Shown piece after piece: positions 9,464-19,592 of a DNA stretch of 64,000 nt (within the stretch, counting starts at the first letter, position 1; every line of letters starts with the position of its first letter). The notes under the pieces were generated by a model, which searched no databases, had not been told where the DNA came from, and saw only the letters and a program-made list of their open reading frames with translations. The DNA lies in the NCBI GenBank assembly GCA_025922875.1, contig JAICGZ010000001.1:6541-70540 (forward strand), read 5' to 3'. The translations under genes and the position numbers were made by a program. The stretch comes from Pyrinomonadaceae bacterium. GTDB lineage: Bacteria; Acidobacteriota; Blastocatellia; Pyrinomonadales; Pyrinomonadaceae.

Positions 9464-11155
9464 TTAACTTCGCAATCGCTCTAGCTTACCCGCAACCATC
9501 ATGCTGATTGAGATGATGACAATCAGCACCACGCCGTATGCGGCCGCCGCACCGAGATTGAAATCCCGCAACTCAGATGCGATCGCAATCGAAATGGGCC
9601 GATTGCCGGGAACGAACACCAACACCGAAGCCACATATTCGCCTAACGCGATCACAAACGCCAGCAGGGTACCTGCGACCGCGCCCGGCCAGACCAGCGG
9701 CAGCGTCACTCGTGTAAATCGTTGCCATGCACGCGCGCCGAGCGATCCCGCGGCTTCCTCCAGCGTCGGATCCAATTGCTCCATGCTGGCCTGAAGCGCG
9801 CGGACCACCAGCGGCATGAATCGCAGAAAGTAAACCACCGGCAAGATCCAAAAGGTTCCCACCAGCACAAAAGAACCCAGCAACGAGCCCGGGCTTCCGT
9901 AAGCATCGGCCACCGAAACTGCTACCACCGTACCCGGCAACGCCCACGGAATCAAAACCAGCAACGATACCAATCTGCGCCCGACGAATCTGCGTCGCCT
10001 CAGAAATGTAACGACACAAAAACTCCACAGCAACGCCGCGACCGCAGCAATCGCCGACATCGTGAAGCTGTTGAAGAACACTTCGGAGGCGAACGGATCG
10101 GCGAACAGGCGTTGATAATTTGCCAGTGTGTAGTCTGACGGCAGTGTCTGTGTGGTCCACGATCCCTCGCGCGCGAAACTCACCAGGAACAAAGTCGCAA
10201 CCGGCAAAACTAAAACGATCGCAAAGATCACAGCGACAACCGTGGCAAGCACACGCGCCTTTCCGCTGGCGATGATCGCTCGCCTGCGTGGTGCGCCTTT
10301 CATCGCCGCGGCGGCGAACTTGCGCGTTCCTTCGTAACGTTGGAAAAAGACAAGCGCGCCGAGCGAGATGATCGCTAGTACGACAGTCTCAGTCACCGCC
10401 ATCACGGCATCGCCACGCTGGCGCGCCGTGAAGATCTCGAGCGTTAGCACACGTACGTCTCCACCGAAGAATAGCGGCGCACTGAACGAAGCCATCGAGG
10501 TCATGAATGTCAAAAGCGCGGCGGCCAGCAGTGACGGAGTTAGCTGTGGCAGCACTACGCGCCTGAGTACGACAGTCTTCGAGGCTCCCAGACTGCGTGC
10601 TGCTTCGGCGAGACTTGCGTCGATCCTGCGCAAGCCCGCGCCAGTGAGCACGTAGAAAAACGGATACATCGTGTAGGTGTGAAAGAGCAGCAGGGCAGGC
10701 CAGCCGCGGAGGCGCCACGGCGGATTTTCGAGTGCTAAAAAATTTTGGATGCCGTGAGCGAGAATCCCTGACTCGCCGAACAGAAAAATGAAAGCCACTG
10801 TGCCAACCAGCGGCGGCAGGACAAGTGGCAGCGTAGCGAGTGCGGCGAACAGTCGCCGGCCAGGAAAGGTGAAACGTTCGAAAAGAAACGCGAGCGGCAC
10901 ACCGACAATCGCACACAACAAGACTGTGCCCACTGACAGACCAAGACTGCTGACAATCGCTTCGATTACGACCCACTGCGACAGTACTTCGCGATAATTA
11001 ACCAGTGTCCAGGCGCCGGCGCGTTGAAACGAAGTGATCAGTACGGAGAGATTTGGATAGATGACGCCGTAGACGAGCACTACGGCTGTAATGAAGAATA
11101 GAACCACGGATCTCCACGGATAGAAACGGATCTGCCTTAACGAATCCGTGTTCAT
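9464..11155 (-). CDS. ABC transporter permease, duplicated (two-domain) FbpB/ThiP-type
   Basis: About 12 TM segments and two EAA-like loops. I moved the start to ATG 11155, which overlaps the ATPase stop as ATGA. The start remains uncertain because the first codons lie in ATCCGTG-type repeats. Confidence 0.8.
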   Translation of the reverse strand: MNTDSLRQIRFYPWRSVVLFFITAVVLVYGVIYPNLSVLITSFQRAGAWTLVNYREVLSQWVVIEAIVSSLGLSVGTVLLCAIVGVPLAFLFERFTFPGRRLFAALATLPLVLPPLVGTVAFIFLFGESGILAHGIQNFLALENPPWRLRGWPALLLFHTYTMYPFFYVLTGAGLRRIDASLAEAARSLGASKTVVLRRVVLPQLTPSLLAAALLTFMTSMASFSAPLFFGGDVRVLTLEIFTARQRGDAVMAVTETVVLAIISLGALVFFQRYEGTRKFAAAAMKGAPRRRAIIASGKARVLATVVAVIFAIVLVLPVATLFLVSFAREGSWTTQTLPSDYTLANYQRLFADPFASEVFFNSFTMSAIAAVAALLWSFCVVTFLRRRRFVGRRLVSLLVLIPWALPGTVVAVSVADAYGSPGSLLGSFVLVGTFWILPVVYFLRFMPLVVRALQASMEQLDPTLEEAAGSLGARAWQRFTRVTLPLVWPGAVAGTLLAFVIALGEYVASVLVFVPGNRPISIAIASELRDFNLGAAAAYGVVLIVIISISMMVAGKLERLRS

Positions 11156-12234
11156 CCGCGTCCGTTTTTGAGGAGCGTGAGCCGGTCCTTCGGGAGGATC
11201 ACGCTGCATGGCTGGTCCACTTCAAACCCATCGGCACGCAACACGAGCGCTTCGAGTAACAACCCTCCGGCATCGACGTGTACGGTCGAGGTCGCGCCCG
11301 CAAACACGATCTCGCGAATGTTTCCGCGCAGTGAATTCTCGGCCTCGTGATCGTTCGTGCTGAGTTGTACGTGCTCGGGTCGAATCGCGAGAAATACCGG
11401 CTTGTTCAACGGCGCAAGGTCCTCGTGTTTTACCGGCAGATGAAGTGTGTGTCCGCCTTCCAGCGTCTTGAACTCACCTTCAGCCGTTTTACTGGAACTC
11501 AAACGCATCGCTTTGATGAGATTGTTTCGGCCTAAGAAACTTGCAACTGAAATCTCGGCGGGTTGTTCGTAAAGCTCGCGCGGGCGGCCCGTCTGCATGA
11601 GTTTCCCGCCAACCATCACGCTGATCCGATCGCAAAGTGCAAAAGCCTCTTCCTGATCGTGCGTGACGTAAACGGCAGTCAAGCCCAGACGTGTTACAAG
11701 TTCGCGCAGTTCGCTGCGAGTTTCTTCACGAAGTGACACGTCGAGATTCGAGAGTGGCTCGTCAAACAACAACAACGCCGGTTCGATGGCGATCGCGCGC
11801 GCGATGGCGACGCGTTGTTGCTGTCCGCCGGAGAGTTCGTCGACCGGGCGTTTGCCGTAACCGGGAAGTTGGACCAGTTCGAGTGCGCTTGCCACTCGTT
11901 CGGCCATTTCTGCTTTGGTTTTATGACGCGCGCGGAGCCCGAAGGCGACGTTGTCGAAGACGTTCAGGTGAGGGAAGAGAGCGTAATTTTGAAAGACCAT
12001 CCCAAAGCCGCGTCGCTCCGGCGGCAGGTTCGTGATATCGGAGCCTTGAAATTCAATCGAGCCTGAATCGGGTTTTTCCAGTCCCGCGATCATTCGCAGC
12101 GTAGTGGTCTTGCCGCAGCCTGATGGTCCAAGGAGGCCAAAAAACTCGCCTTGATGGACATCGAGCCAGACGTCAGCGACTGCTCGCGTCGTGCCAAAGG
12201 ACCGGGAGATACCGTTAAGCGAAAGAAAAGACAT
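11152..12234 (-). CDS. ABC transporter ATP-binding protein (PotA/FbpC-type)
   Basis: Walker A GPSGCGKTT, signature LSGGQQQRVA and Walker B LLLFDEPLS are all present. Confidence 0.9.
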   Translation of the reverse strand: MSFLSLNGISRSFGTTRAVADVWLDVHQGEFFGLLGPSGCGKTTTLRMIAGLEKPDSGSIEFQGSDITNLPPERRGFGMVFQNYALFPHLNVFDNVAFGLRARHKTKAEMAERVASALELVQLPGYGKRPVDELSGGQQQRVAIARAIAIEPALLLFDEPLSNLDVSLREETRSELRELVTRLGLTAVYVTHDQEEAFALCDRISVMVGGKLMQTGRPRELYEQPAEISVASFLGRNNLIKAMRLSSSKTAEGEFKTLEGGHTLHLPVKHEDLAPLNKPVFLAIRPEHVQLSTNDHEAENSLRGNIREIVFAGATSTVHVDAGGLLLEALVLRADGFEVDQPCSVILPKDRLTLLKNGRG

Positions 12235-12310
12235 TTTACAGGATGACAGGATTTTACAAGATTAACAGGATGAATCATGTAAATCTTGAAAAATCCAGTC
12301 ATCCTGTCTA
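12235..12310. repeat. CAGGAT-word palindromic element between the SBP and ATPase genes
   Basis: The arm ttttacaggatgacaggattttacaagatt pairs with aatcttgaaaaatccagtcatcctgtcta, around the core aacaggatgaatcatgtaa. Confidence 0.75.
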
Positions 12311-13339
12311 ATTGCGCCCGCGAATTTCAGTGTCCCAGTATCTTAACCACTCACTCCCGTTCTTGCGCAACAGGTCCCAGTCCAGCGGCAAGCGTGTGAA
12401 CGGCTCATTCATCCAGGCCGGCAGTTGAGAACGATCGAGGTCAGTGCGCACGGGAATGCGGTAATACTTATGCGCCGCGTAAACGAGACTCTCCGGAGTA
12501 GTTACAAACTCGTAGAAACGTTTCGCTTCCTCCTGGTTCGGTGCGCCGCGAATGATGGCAATGCCGTCGATGATCACAGGCGTGCCGCTCGCCGGAACAA
12601 AGTAGCCCACCGGAAAGTTCTTTTGCTCTTTGAAAAGTCGTACATCGGGCATGTCCCAAAGCGTAATCAGCCCCTCACGTCTTCCGAGCTTTTGCATCAG
12701 GAGCGTTCCGTCAGCGGTGTATTCGCGAACATTAGCGTCGAGTTTTCGCAGCCAGTCGTAGCCTTTATCGGGAGAACCCGTGTCTTTATAAAATCGCCAA
12801 ATCATCGCGCCGAAGATCGCGCGCATCGTGTCTGAAGGATTTGGATTTCGAATGAGAACTTTGTCGCGCCACTTTGGATCGATTACATCGTCCCAGTCGC
12901 GCGGCGCTTCTGCTTCGCTAACCTCTTCGCTGTTGTAGGCGATCACCTGCGGCGTTTCGTAAGTGCCATACCAGCGATCATTTGCGTCGCGCGATGAAGC
13001 GGGAATTTTGTCGGTCCAACTTGGCCGAAACTCGAGCAACAGGTTTTCTTCAGCAGCGGTTTGAAATGTGGTGTGAGAAGCGCCCCACCAAAGATCTGCC
13101 TGCGGGCGGTTTCGTTCGACGCGCACGCGTTCGAGCACTTCGCGCGAACCCATGTCGAGAAACTGCACGTCAGCATCCGGATACTGTTGCTTGTAACGGG
13201 CGATGAAGTCTTTCAGTAGATCCTGTCCGTGCGGCGTGTAGATCAGGAGGCGGTTCTTGTTACCGGAGCCGGAATTACAGGAAAGTAGCAACGCAATTGC
13301 GAGAATTGCGCAGGCCAGCCAAAAGAGCTTGAGTCGCAT
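12308..13339 (-). CDS. ABC transporter periplasmic substrate-binding lipoprotein (iron(III)/polyamine/thiamine-type family)
   Basis: I moved the start to ATG 13339, giving MRLKLFWLACAILAIALLLSC with an LLSC lipobox. The longer track ORF has a non-signal N-terminal extension. Confidence 0.75.
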   Translation of the reverse strand: MRLKLFWLACAILAIALLLSCNSGSGNKNRLLIYTPHGQDLLKDFIARYKQQYPDADVQFLDMGSREVLERVRVERNRPQADLWWGASHTTFQTAAEENLLLEFRPSWTDKIPASSRDANDRWYGTYETPQVIAYNSEEVSEAEAPRDWDDVIDPKWRDKVLIRNPNPSDTMRAIFGAMIWRFYKDTGSPDKGYDWLRKLDANVREYTADGTLLMQKLGRREGLITLWDMPDVRLFKEQKNFPVGYFVPASGTPVIIDGIAIIRGAPNQEEAKRFYEFVTTPESLVYAAHKYYRIPVRTDLDRSQLPAWMNEPFTRLPLDWDLLRKNGSEWLRYWDTEIRGRN

Positions 13340-13373
13340 CGAAATGCATGCTATCACGTTTAGGGGTACAAGG

Positions 13374-13664
13374 ATGACCACACTCAAACGCAGAATCATC
13401 AGGGCCGGTGGCTGGGGCGTCGCTAAGCGCCTCATCAAACCCATTCCGATTATCGGGTCGCTATTTGCCGTTGGGCTGGCGGGATACGAGATCAAGAGGA
13501 AGGGCTTGATACCGGGCGCCTTTCATGTGGGACTGGACGTGACGCCGGTCGTCGGCACCGCCAAAAACGTGGTTGAGATCTTCACGGGCGACCTAATCCC
13601 AGACAAACCAAAACCACGGATTACACGGATTGATCCGGATTTGATCAGTAAAAAATCCGCGTAA
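13374..13664 (+). CDS. small hypothetical membrane protein
   Basis: The ATG at 13374 is preceded by AGGGG. There is one clear hydrophobic segment, PIPIIGSLFAVGLAGY. The last ~17 codons are encoded by the repeat hairpin at 13614-13671. Confidence 0.4.
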   Translation: MTTLKRRIIRAGGWGVAKRLIKPIPIIGSLFAVGLAGYEIKRKGLIPGAFHVGLDVTPVVGTAKNVVEIFTGDLIPDKPKPRITRIDPDLISKKSA

Positions 13665-13671
13665 TCCGTGG
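13614..13671. repeat. ATCCGTGG-word palindromic hairpin
   Basis: ccacggattacacggatt...aatccgcgtaatccgtgg, with near-perfect 18-bp arms. It abuts the gatA stop codon. Confidence 0.8.
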
Positions 13672-15066
13672 TTAAGAAGCGCTGATGGGCGGGCGCTCAG
13701 TGAATGGACGCGCCTGTTCGTAGCCGTGGGCTAATTTGAACAGCGTCGGTTCGGACCAGTATGGTCCAACCAACTGAAATCCGATCGGCAAACGTTCGGA
13801 CGACAGACCACACGGCACGCTGATGCCGGGCACACCCGCCAGATTTGCAGTCACTGTGTAGATGTCGTTCAAGTACATCGCGAGTGGATCGTCAGCTTTT
13901 TCGCCGATCTCAAAAGCAGGAGTTGGTGTAGTTGGCGTAATTAACGCGTCGCAACGCTCGAACGCATTTAGAAAATCATTTTTGATGAGTGTGCGGACCT
14001 GCTGGGCCTTGCGATAGTATGCATCGTAATAACCTGCTGACAGCACATACGTGCCAAGCATGATGCGCCGCTTGACCTCCGCGCCGAACCCTTCCTCTCG
14101 TGTGCGTCGATACATCAGGCGCAACTCCGGCGTATCCTCCGCGCGAAATCCGTAACGCACACCGTCGAATCGAGCGAGATTCGAAGATGCTTCCGCTGTC
14201 GCAATGATGTAGTAGACCGCGATCGCATATCGCGCATGAGGAAGTTCGACATCGACAATTTCAGCGCCGAGATCGCGATACACGTCGACCACGCTTTCAA
14301 CTGACTTCTTTACCTCCTCATCAAGACCTTCGCCAAAGAGTGTGCGTGGGAAGCCGAGACGCGCGCCCTTAAGATCCCCAGTAAGTGAGGCACTGTAGTC
14401 GGGGACAGGCGCGTCGGCTGTGGTTGCGTCACGTGGATCACGACCAGCAATGACTCCGAGGATACGCGCAACATCTTCAACCTTGCGTCCAAAGACACCG
14501 ACCTGGTCCAGCGACGATGCAAATGCCACCAGACCGTAACGAGAGTTGCGGCCATAAGTTGGTTTCAACCCGATCACTCCGCAAAGAGAAGCTGGTTGAC
14601 GAACCGAACCGCCAGTATCGGAACCGAGAGCCACTGGCACGATTCCGGCGGCAACGGCTGTTGCGGACCCTCCGGACGAACCCCCGGAAACTCGCGTCGT
14701 GTCCCACGGATTTCGCACTGGACCAAACGCTGAGTTTTCATTAGACGAACCCATTGCAAACTCATCACAGTTCGTTTTTCCAATGACGACAGCACCGGCG
14801 TTGGTGAGACGTTCGATAACGGTGGCATTGTAAGGTGGTTGATAATCGCCCAGAATCTTCGACCCGCACGACGCCTGCATTCCGCGCACGCAGATATTGT
14901 CTTTAACCGCGATCGGAATTCCGGCTAATGCGCCCGCATTACCGCTCTCCTCGATCTCCCTGGCGCGTGTTAACGCCCCTTCACGATCGATCTCGAGAAA
15001 CGCATTGAGCGTCTCATTAAGCCTCTCGGCCGCAGCTATCGAAAACTCTACACTCTGACGCGACAT
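13672..15066 (-). CDS. gatA: Asp-tRNA(Asn)/Glu-tRNA(Gln) amidotransferase subunit A
   Basis: 464 aa with the amidase signature GGSSGGSA...[12 protein letters not shown]. gatC lies immediately upstream. Confidence 0.95.
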   Translation of the reverse strand: MSRQSVEFSIAAAERLNETLNAFLEIDREGALTRAREIEESGNAGALAGIPIAVKDNICVRGMQASCGSKILGDYQPPYNATVIERLTNAGAVVIGKTNCDEFAMGSSNENSAFGPVRNPWDTTRVSGGSSGGSATAVAAGIVPVALGSDTGGSVRQPASLCGVIGLKPTYGRNSRYGLVAFASSLDQVGVFGRKVEDVARILGVIAGRDPRDATTADAPVPDYSASLTGDLKGARLGFPRTLFGEGLDEEVKKSVESVVDVYRDLGAEIVDVELPHARYAIAVYYIIATAEASSNLARFDGVRYGFRAEDTPELRLMYRRTREEGFGAEVKRRIMLGTYVLSAGYYDAYYRKAQQVRTLIKNDFLNAFERCDALITPTTPTPAFEIGEKADDPLAMYLNDIYTVTANLAGVPGISVPCGLSSERLPIGFQLVGPYWSEPTLFKLAHGYEQARPFTERPPISAS

Positions 15067-15084
15067 GAATCCTGTTAATCCTGT

Positions 15085-15381
15085 CTATAAAACTTTTGGA
15101 ACGCGGAAGTGGCCCGATGAGGGATCGGGGGCTTCGGCGAGGGCGATCTTTTGGCCGAGTGAGCCGGCGATCTCGTCGCGACGGGAGGATTCGGTCTTTT
15201 CACCTTCCGCTGTGAGGCCGCCCAGGGCCGGTTCGACGTTGGTGGTGTCGAGTTCGTTGAGCTGTTCCACGTAATTAATAATTTCGGTTATCTGTGATCC
15301 AAAAGTTTTTAGCTCTTCTTCCGCGAGCTCCAGATGCGCGAGATTAGCAACCTTCTCGATGTCTGATTGATTGATAGGCAT
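15085..15381 (-). CDS. gatC: Asp-tRNA(Asn)/Glu-tRNA(Gln) amidotransferase subunit C
   Basis: I placed the start at ATG 15381, giving MPINQSDIEKVANLAHLEL. The track start at 15390 is a TTG. Confidence 0.85.
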   Translation of the reverse strand: MPINQSDIEKVANLAHLELAEEELKTFGSQITEIINYVEQLNELDTTNVEPALGGLTAEGEKTESSRRDEIAGSLGQKIALAEAPDPSSGHFRVPKVL

Positions 15382-15386
15382 TTCGA

Positions 15387-15827
15387 TCAACGCTTACGTT
15401 TGAGTGAAAGTGTGGCGGTTTTTAGAAAACTCCGGCGCAGTTGTTTGTCCTGGATCGCGTTAGCCGCCGACCATAATTCAAGCGGCACTTCGTTATCGAG
15501 TGGCTCTTCTCTCTCCTGTTGTTGCACGGGGGGCGCAAAGAGCTTCGGATCGATCACGAATTCAATCGCGCCGACGACGGGTTGGCCCAAAATTGAATTT
15601 ACTCGGAAGAGAAGCTGCCCGCGCATCGAGTGCAACTGCTTTTGCCAGATGGCGTCAGCGACTGAGACTGTCAGCGTACGGTCTTCGAGTTTGACAGGCA
15701 CCGCGCGACCCTTCAAACCCTCACCGGCCGCATGTTTCCACGCCGCGATTGCAGCGGCTTCCGCGACTTCCGCGGAGTCGCCTGCCGCGCGCAGAACGTT
15801 TGGTAATGATTTAATCAGTTGGTTCAT
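15387..15827 (-). CDS. DUF721 (DciA-like) protein
   Basis: The AAWKHAAGEGL...LTVSVADAIWQKQLHSMRGQLLFRVNSILG pattern matches DUF721. I moved the start to ATG 15827 because the longer ORF would overlap the divergent maf start. Confidence 0.55.
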   Translation of the reverse strand: MNQLIKSLPNVLRAAGDSAEVAEAAAIAAWKHAAGEGLKGRAVPVKLEDRTLTVSVADAIWQKQLHSMRGQLLFRVNSILGQPVVGAIEFVIDPKLFAPPVQQQEREEPLDNEVPLELWSAANAIQDKQLRRSFLKTATLSLKRKR

Positions 15828-15878
15828 GTTGCTCTTGCGCTCGCCGATTGAAACACGCAAACTCTGCCGCAGCAAGTC

Positions 15879-16472
15879 ATGAGTCATCTACGCGAAAAAC
15901 TCGTGCTCGCGTCCGGCAGTCCGCGGCGTGCGGAAATACTCGAGCGCGCCGGCTGGCCGTACGAAGTGATCGTGGCCGGCATCGACGAAACACTTCACGC
16001 ACGCGAACCGGCAGTCGCTTATGTGCAGCGACTCGCTCGATCCAAAGCTGAGGCTGTGGCCCAAAAACTCGAAGAGGGCCTGGTACTCGGCGCCGACACG
16101 ACTGTCGTTATCGCAGGTCAGATCCTCGGCCAGCCTCAAGATGATGCCGATGCAAGAAGGATGTTGAAGTTACTAAACGGCAAGTGGCACGAAGTGCTGA
16201 CCGGTGTGGCGTTGGTAAGAGTTGGAGGTGAGACGCGAGTCGATTACGAAACGACGCATGTGCGCTTTGCGGAAATGAGCGAGAGCGAGATCGACTGGTA
16301 CATCTCGACAGGCGAGCCATTCGGAAAAGCCGGTGCTTACGGAATACAAGGAAAGGCTGCGCTTTTCATCGAAGAGATCCAGGGCGACTATTTCAACATC
16401 ATGGGATTGCCGATCAGACTCGTGTATGAGTTAGCCGCGGATAACACAGATCGGAAGATTGATCAGCGCTGA
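15879..16472 (+). CDS. maf: Maf-like nucleoside triphosphate pyrophosphatase
   Basis: The LVLASGSPRR...LGADT...GKAGAYGIQG motifs are present. Confidence 0.9.
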   Translation: MSHLREKLVLASGSPRRAEILERAGWPYEVIVAGIDETLHAREPAVAYVQRLARSKAEAVAQKLEEGLVLGADTTVVIAGQILGQPQDDADARRMLKLLNGKWHEVLTGVALVRVGGETRVDYETTHVRFAEMSESEIDWYISTGEPFGKAGAYGIQGKAALFIEEIQGDYFNIMGLPIRLVYELAADNTDRKIDQR

Positions 16473-16500
16473 TCAGGAAAAAGATCCGTGTAATCCGTGG

Positions 16501-17265
16501 TTAAAGTACGGTCCCACCGTCGATATTAATGCCCTGGCCGTTGATTCCTCGCCCTTCGTCAGAAGCAAGCAACAAAGCCACAGCCGCAACTTCCTCAACG
16601 GTGACGAGTCGATTCTGCGGGCTCATCTTCTTCAGTGAGTCCAACGCTTCTTCAGCCGTGCGGCCTGTCTTCGTCGTAATTTGCTCGATGCCGCGCGAGA
16701 CCATGTCAGTCTCGACGTAACCGGGACAGATCGCGTTCACAGTGATACCTGTAGTCGCGACTTCGAGAGCGACCGAGCGCGTCAGGCCCAACACGCCGTG
16801 CTTCGATGCCGAGTAGGCGGCGATGTAGGGCGCGCCGGTCTTACCGGCAATCGATGCGATGTTTATTACTCGACCCCAGCCTTTTTTCAACATCGCGGGC
16901 AGCGCCGCTCGCGTGCAGTAGAAAGTGCCTGACAGATTGATGGCTAAATGGCGATGCCAGAGTTCGTCAGTAGTACTGACGAGTGTTGCGCTCTCTGCGA
17001 TGCCGGCGTTGTTGACGAGAATGTCAGCATCGCCTAGTTGTTCGCGCAACTCAGTGAACATACGCGTGACGCTTTCCGGATCGGCAACGTCGCAGACAAG
17101 CGCTATTGCTCCATTGCCAATCTCATGAGCGACTTGTTCGACCTGTTCGGCAGTTCGCGCCGCGACCGCGACTCGTATGCCCTCGCGTGCGAAGGCCACG
17201 GCAATTGCGCGACCAATGCCTCGGCCGCCGCCAGTTATCAGTGCTGTTTTAACCACGGATGACAC
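16501..17265 (-). CDS. SDR family oxidoreductase (3-hydroxyacyl-CoA / 3-oxoacyl reductase-like)
   Basis: TGGGRGIG, NNAG and YSASK motifs are present. The start is GTG. It is the last gene of the Box-linked operon. Confidence 0.8.
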   Translation of the reverse strand: MSSVVKTALITGGGRGIGRAIAVAFAREGIRVAVAARTAEQVEQVAHEIGNGAIALVCDVADPESVTRMFTELREQLGDADILVNNAGIAESATLVSTTDELWHRHLAINLSGTFYCTRAALPAMLKKGWGRVINIASIAGKTGAPYIAAYSASKHGVLGLTRSVALEVATTGITVNAICPGYVETDMVSRGIEQITTKTGRTAEEALDSLKKMSPQNRLVTVEEVAAVALLLASDEGRGINGQGINIDGGTVL

Positions 17266-17280
17266 GCATTTGAGAACGGA

Positions 17281-18072
17281 TTAGTGTCCGGTGAATTTCG
17301 GATCGCGTTTTTCGAGAAATGCCCTCACGCCTTCGTGCCCGTCGTCGGATTCAAAGCAACGCAACTGAGCCTCGGTTTCGTAGCGCAGCATCTCTTCGAG
17401 ATCCGATCCTTGACTCATGTAGACCGCGTGCTTCGCTGCCGCCAGTGCAATTGGCGGCGCCGCTCGCAAACCCTCAGCGAGTTGCAGTGTTGCGTTTTCC
17501 AACTCTTCCGGTGCGACGACTTGATTCACGATGCCTAATCGCGCTGCTTCCGCCGCATCGATCGCCTCGCCGAGAAAAAACATCTCGCACGCCTTATTCG
17601 GTGTAACCAGGCGCGGCAGGAAGTAAGTTCCACCCCAATCAGGATGAAGCCCCACTTTTGCGAACGACTGACTGAACGTCGCGGTGTTGCTTGCGATTCG
17701 CAAGTCACACGCGAATGCGAGATTACATCCGGCGCCCGAAGCTGGACCATTGATCGAAGCGATGACCGGTTTGGTCATTTGACGAATAGCAGTGATAACA
17801 CGACGACCAGCGCCGAGGATACGAGCAAACTCGTCCGCATCGCGGCGCTGCATCAACTCGGCCATAAAGCCGATGTCGCCACCGGCACAAAACGCTCGGC
17901 CCGCGCCCGTGATCACAACGACGCGCACCGAGCGATCGCTGCCGGCGTGTTCGAGTGCTTCCGCGAGATCTCGACGCATGTGGCCGATGAAAGCGTTCAG
18001 CTTGTCAGGACGATTCAGCGTGATCGTCACGATGCCGTCAGCTTCCGACACTAGAATGTGCTCGTAAGGCAT
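17281..18072 (-). CDS. enoyl-CoA hydratase/isomerase family protein
   Basis: Crotonase fold with FCAGGDI...INGPASGAGCNLAFACDLRIA. Confidence 0.85.
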   Translation of the reverse strand: MPYEHILVSEADGIVTITLNRPDKLNAFIGHMRRDLAEALEHAGSDRSVRVVVITGAGRAFCAGGDIGFMAELMQRRDADEFARILGAGRRVITAIRQMTKPVIASINGPASGAGCNLAFACDLRIASNTATFSQSFAKVGLHPDWGGTYFLPRLVTPNKACEMFFLGEAIDAAEAARLGIVNQVVAPEELENATLQLAEGLRAAPPIALAAAKHAVYMSQGSDLEEMLRYETEAQLRCFESDDGHEGVRAFLEKRDPKFTGH

Positions 18073-18097
18073 TTGGTTTCAAATAGGCAAACAGGTC

Positions 18098-18901
18098 CTA
18101 TTTCCCCTTGAACTCCGGCTTGCGCTTGTTCACGTAAGCATCGAGGCCTTCTTTCGCGTCCTCTGACTGAAAGAGCTGTTGTTGTAGTTCGCGTTCGAGC
18201 GCGAGCGCCGGCTCAAACGAGATCTCCGATCCCGTTTGGACCGCTCGTTTGATCCTGCCGACAGCGTGCGCAGCTTTGTTTGGCGTCGTGAACTGAACTG
18301 CATATTCGCGCACCATCTCTACGAAGCGTTCGCCCGTTTCGGCTTCGAAAACTTGATTCAGAATGCCGAGCTCGAGACCGCGTTCGAAATCGAACAACTG
18401 TCCAGTCGCCATCAACTCAATCGCTTTCGACTTGCCCACAATTCGCACCAGGCGTTGCGTGCCGCCAGTTCCCGGAAGCACTCCGAGCGAAACCTCAGGC
18501 AAGCCCAGCTTCCCCGCGCCCTTTCGCGCGATACGGATATCAGCGGCCATAGCCACTTCCAAACCGCCGCCGACGCAGTGACCGTTTATCGCCGCGATCA
18601 CGAGCTTCGGAGTCTGTTCGAGGCGCGACAACGTTTCGTTTGCATGAAGACAGAAGTAGTACTTGAACGCCGGCGTGACGTTCGCGAGCATCTGAATGTC
18701 GGCGCCGGCGCAAAAGAACTTCTCACCCTTGCCCGTGATCACAATCACTTGAACAGACTCGTCCATTCGTGCAGACAGGATTGCCCGATCGAGCTGCTGC
18801 ATCATTTCATAGCTGTAGGTATTAGCGGGTGGATCGTTGAGTGTGATGGTCGCAATGCCATCGCGCGTTTCGTAATCCAGTCTTGATCGCGTTTCAGTCA
18901 T
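18098..18901 (-). CDS. enoyl-CoA hydratase/isomerase family protein
   Basis: Crotonase fold with FFCAGADI...INGHCVGGGLEVAMAADIRIA. Confidence 0.85.
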   Translation of the reverse strand: MTETRSRLDYETRDGIATITLNDPPANTYSYEMMQQLDRAILSARMDESVQVIVITGKGEKFFCAGADIQMLANVTPAFKYYFCLHANETLSRLEQTPKLVIAAINGHCVGGGLEVAMAADIRIARKGAGKLGLPEVSLGVLPGTGGTQRLVRIVGKSKAIELMATGQLFDFERGLELGILNQVFEAETGERFVEMVREYAVQFTTPNKAAHAVGRIKRAVQTGSEISFEPALALERELQQQLFQSEDAKEGLDAYVNKRKPEFKGK

Positions 18902-18917
18902 CCGTGTTATCCGTGGC

Positions 18918-19562
18918 TTAACTTAACCGCCAAACGCTCGGGCTCTCCGTTGGTAAAGCATGTAAATGTCCGTCGACGCGATTCACCAGAAAGCCGTTGA
19001 GGAATAGTTTCAGAAGATTACTGGCCAAATCCGAGACTTTCAACTTGCCCTGCGGATCGTACCAGTTATAAATCCAGTTCATCATGCCGAACAGCGCGTA
19101 AGTCGCTACGGTCAGGTCGATAGGTTCTTTACTCTCCTGCGTCTGCTGGACCTCGCGAAGGATCTGGCGCGCGAGTTTTGTGTAGTTGTCTTTGCGCGTG
19201 GACACGTGTGTGTACAAATCGCCGCGCAGTGATTCTGCTTCGTGTGAGAGCACTTTCATCTCGGACATGTTAGCGGCGAAGAATGAAAGATGGTTTTCGA
19301 TGAAGATACCGAGCTTGGTAATGGGATCTTCAACGCCTTCGAGTCGCTGCTCCAATCGTTCAAGCACGCGGCCGAAGCAATTGTCCTGGATCAGAAAGAG
19401 CAGCTCCTCTTTGGATTTGCAGTAATGATACAGGCCCGCGAGGCTGACGTTCGTTGCACGCGAGATGTCGCGCATCGATGTCGAGTGATAACTCTTCTCG
19501 GCAAATATGCGCGCCGCTGTGCGAAGAATGAATTCGAGTTTTTGATCGTATGACTTAGCCAC
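18918..19562 (-). CDS. TetR/AcrR family transcriptional regulator
   Basis: N-terminal HTH reads YHSTSMRDISRATNVSLAGLYHY. The start is GTG. It sits inside the Box cluster. Confidence 0.85.
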   Translation of the reverse strand: MAKSYDQKLEFILRTAARIFAEKSYHSTSMRDISRATNVSLAGLYHYCKSKEELLFLIQDNCFGRVLERLEQRLEGVEDPITKLGIFIENHLSFFAANMSEMKVLSHEAESLRGDLYTHVSTRKDNYTKLARQILREVQQTQESKEPIDLTVATYALFGMMNWIYNWYDPQGKLKVSDLASNLLKLFLNGFLVNRVDGHLHALPTESPSVWRLS

Positions 19563-19592
19563 GGATGAACACGGACTTTTGACGGATTTTCT

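Noticed and set aside
13340-13373. TPP or other riboswitch upstream of the ABC transporter operon (a thiamine-type SBP was one possibility)
   Set aside because: Only ~35 nt separate the SBP start from the divergent small ORF, and no riboswitch-sized conserved element is present.
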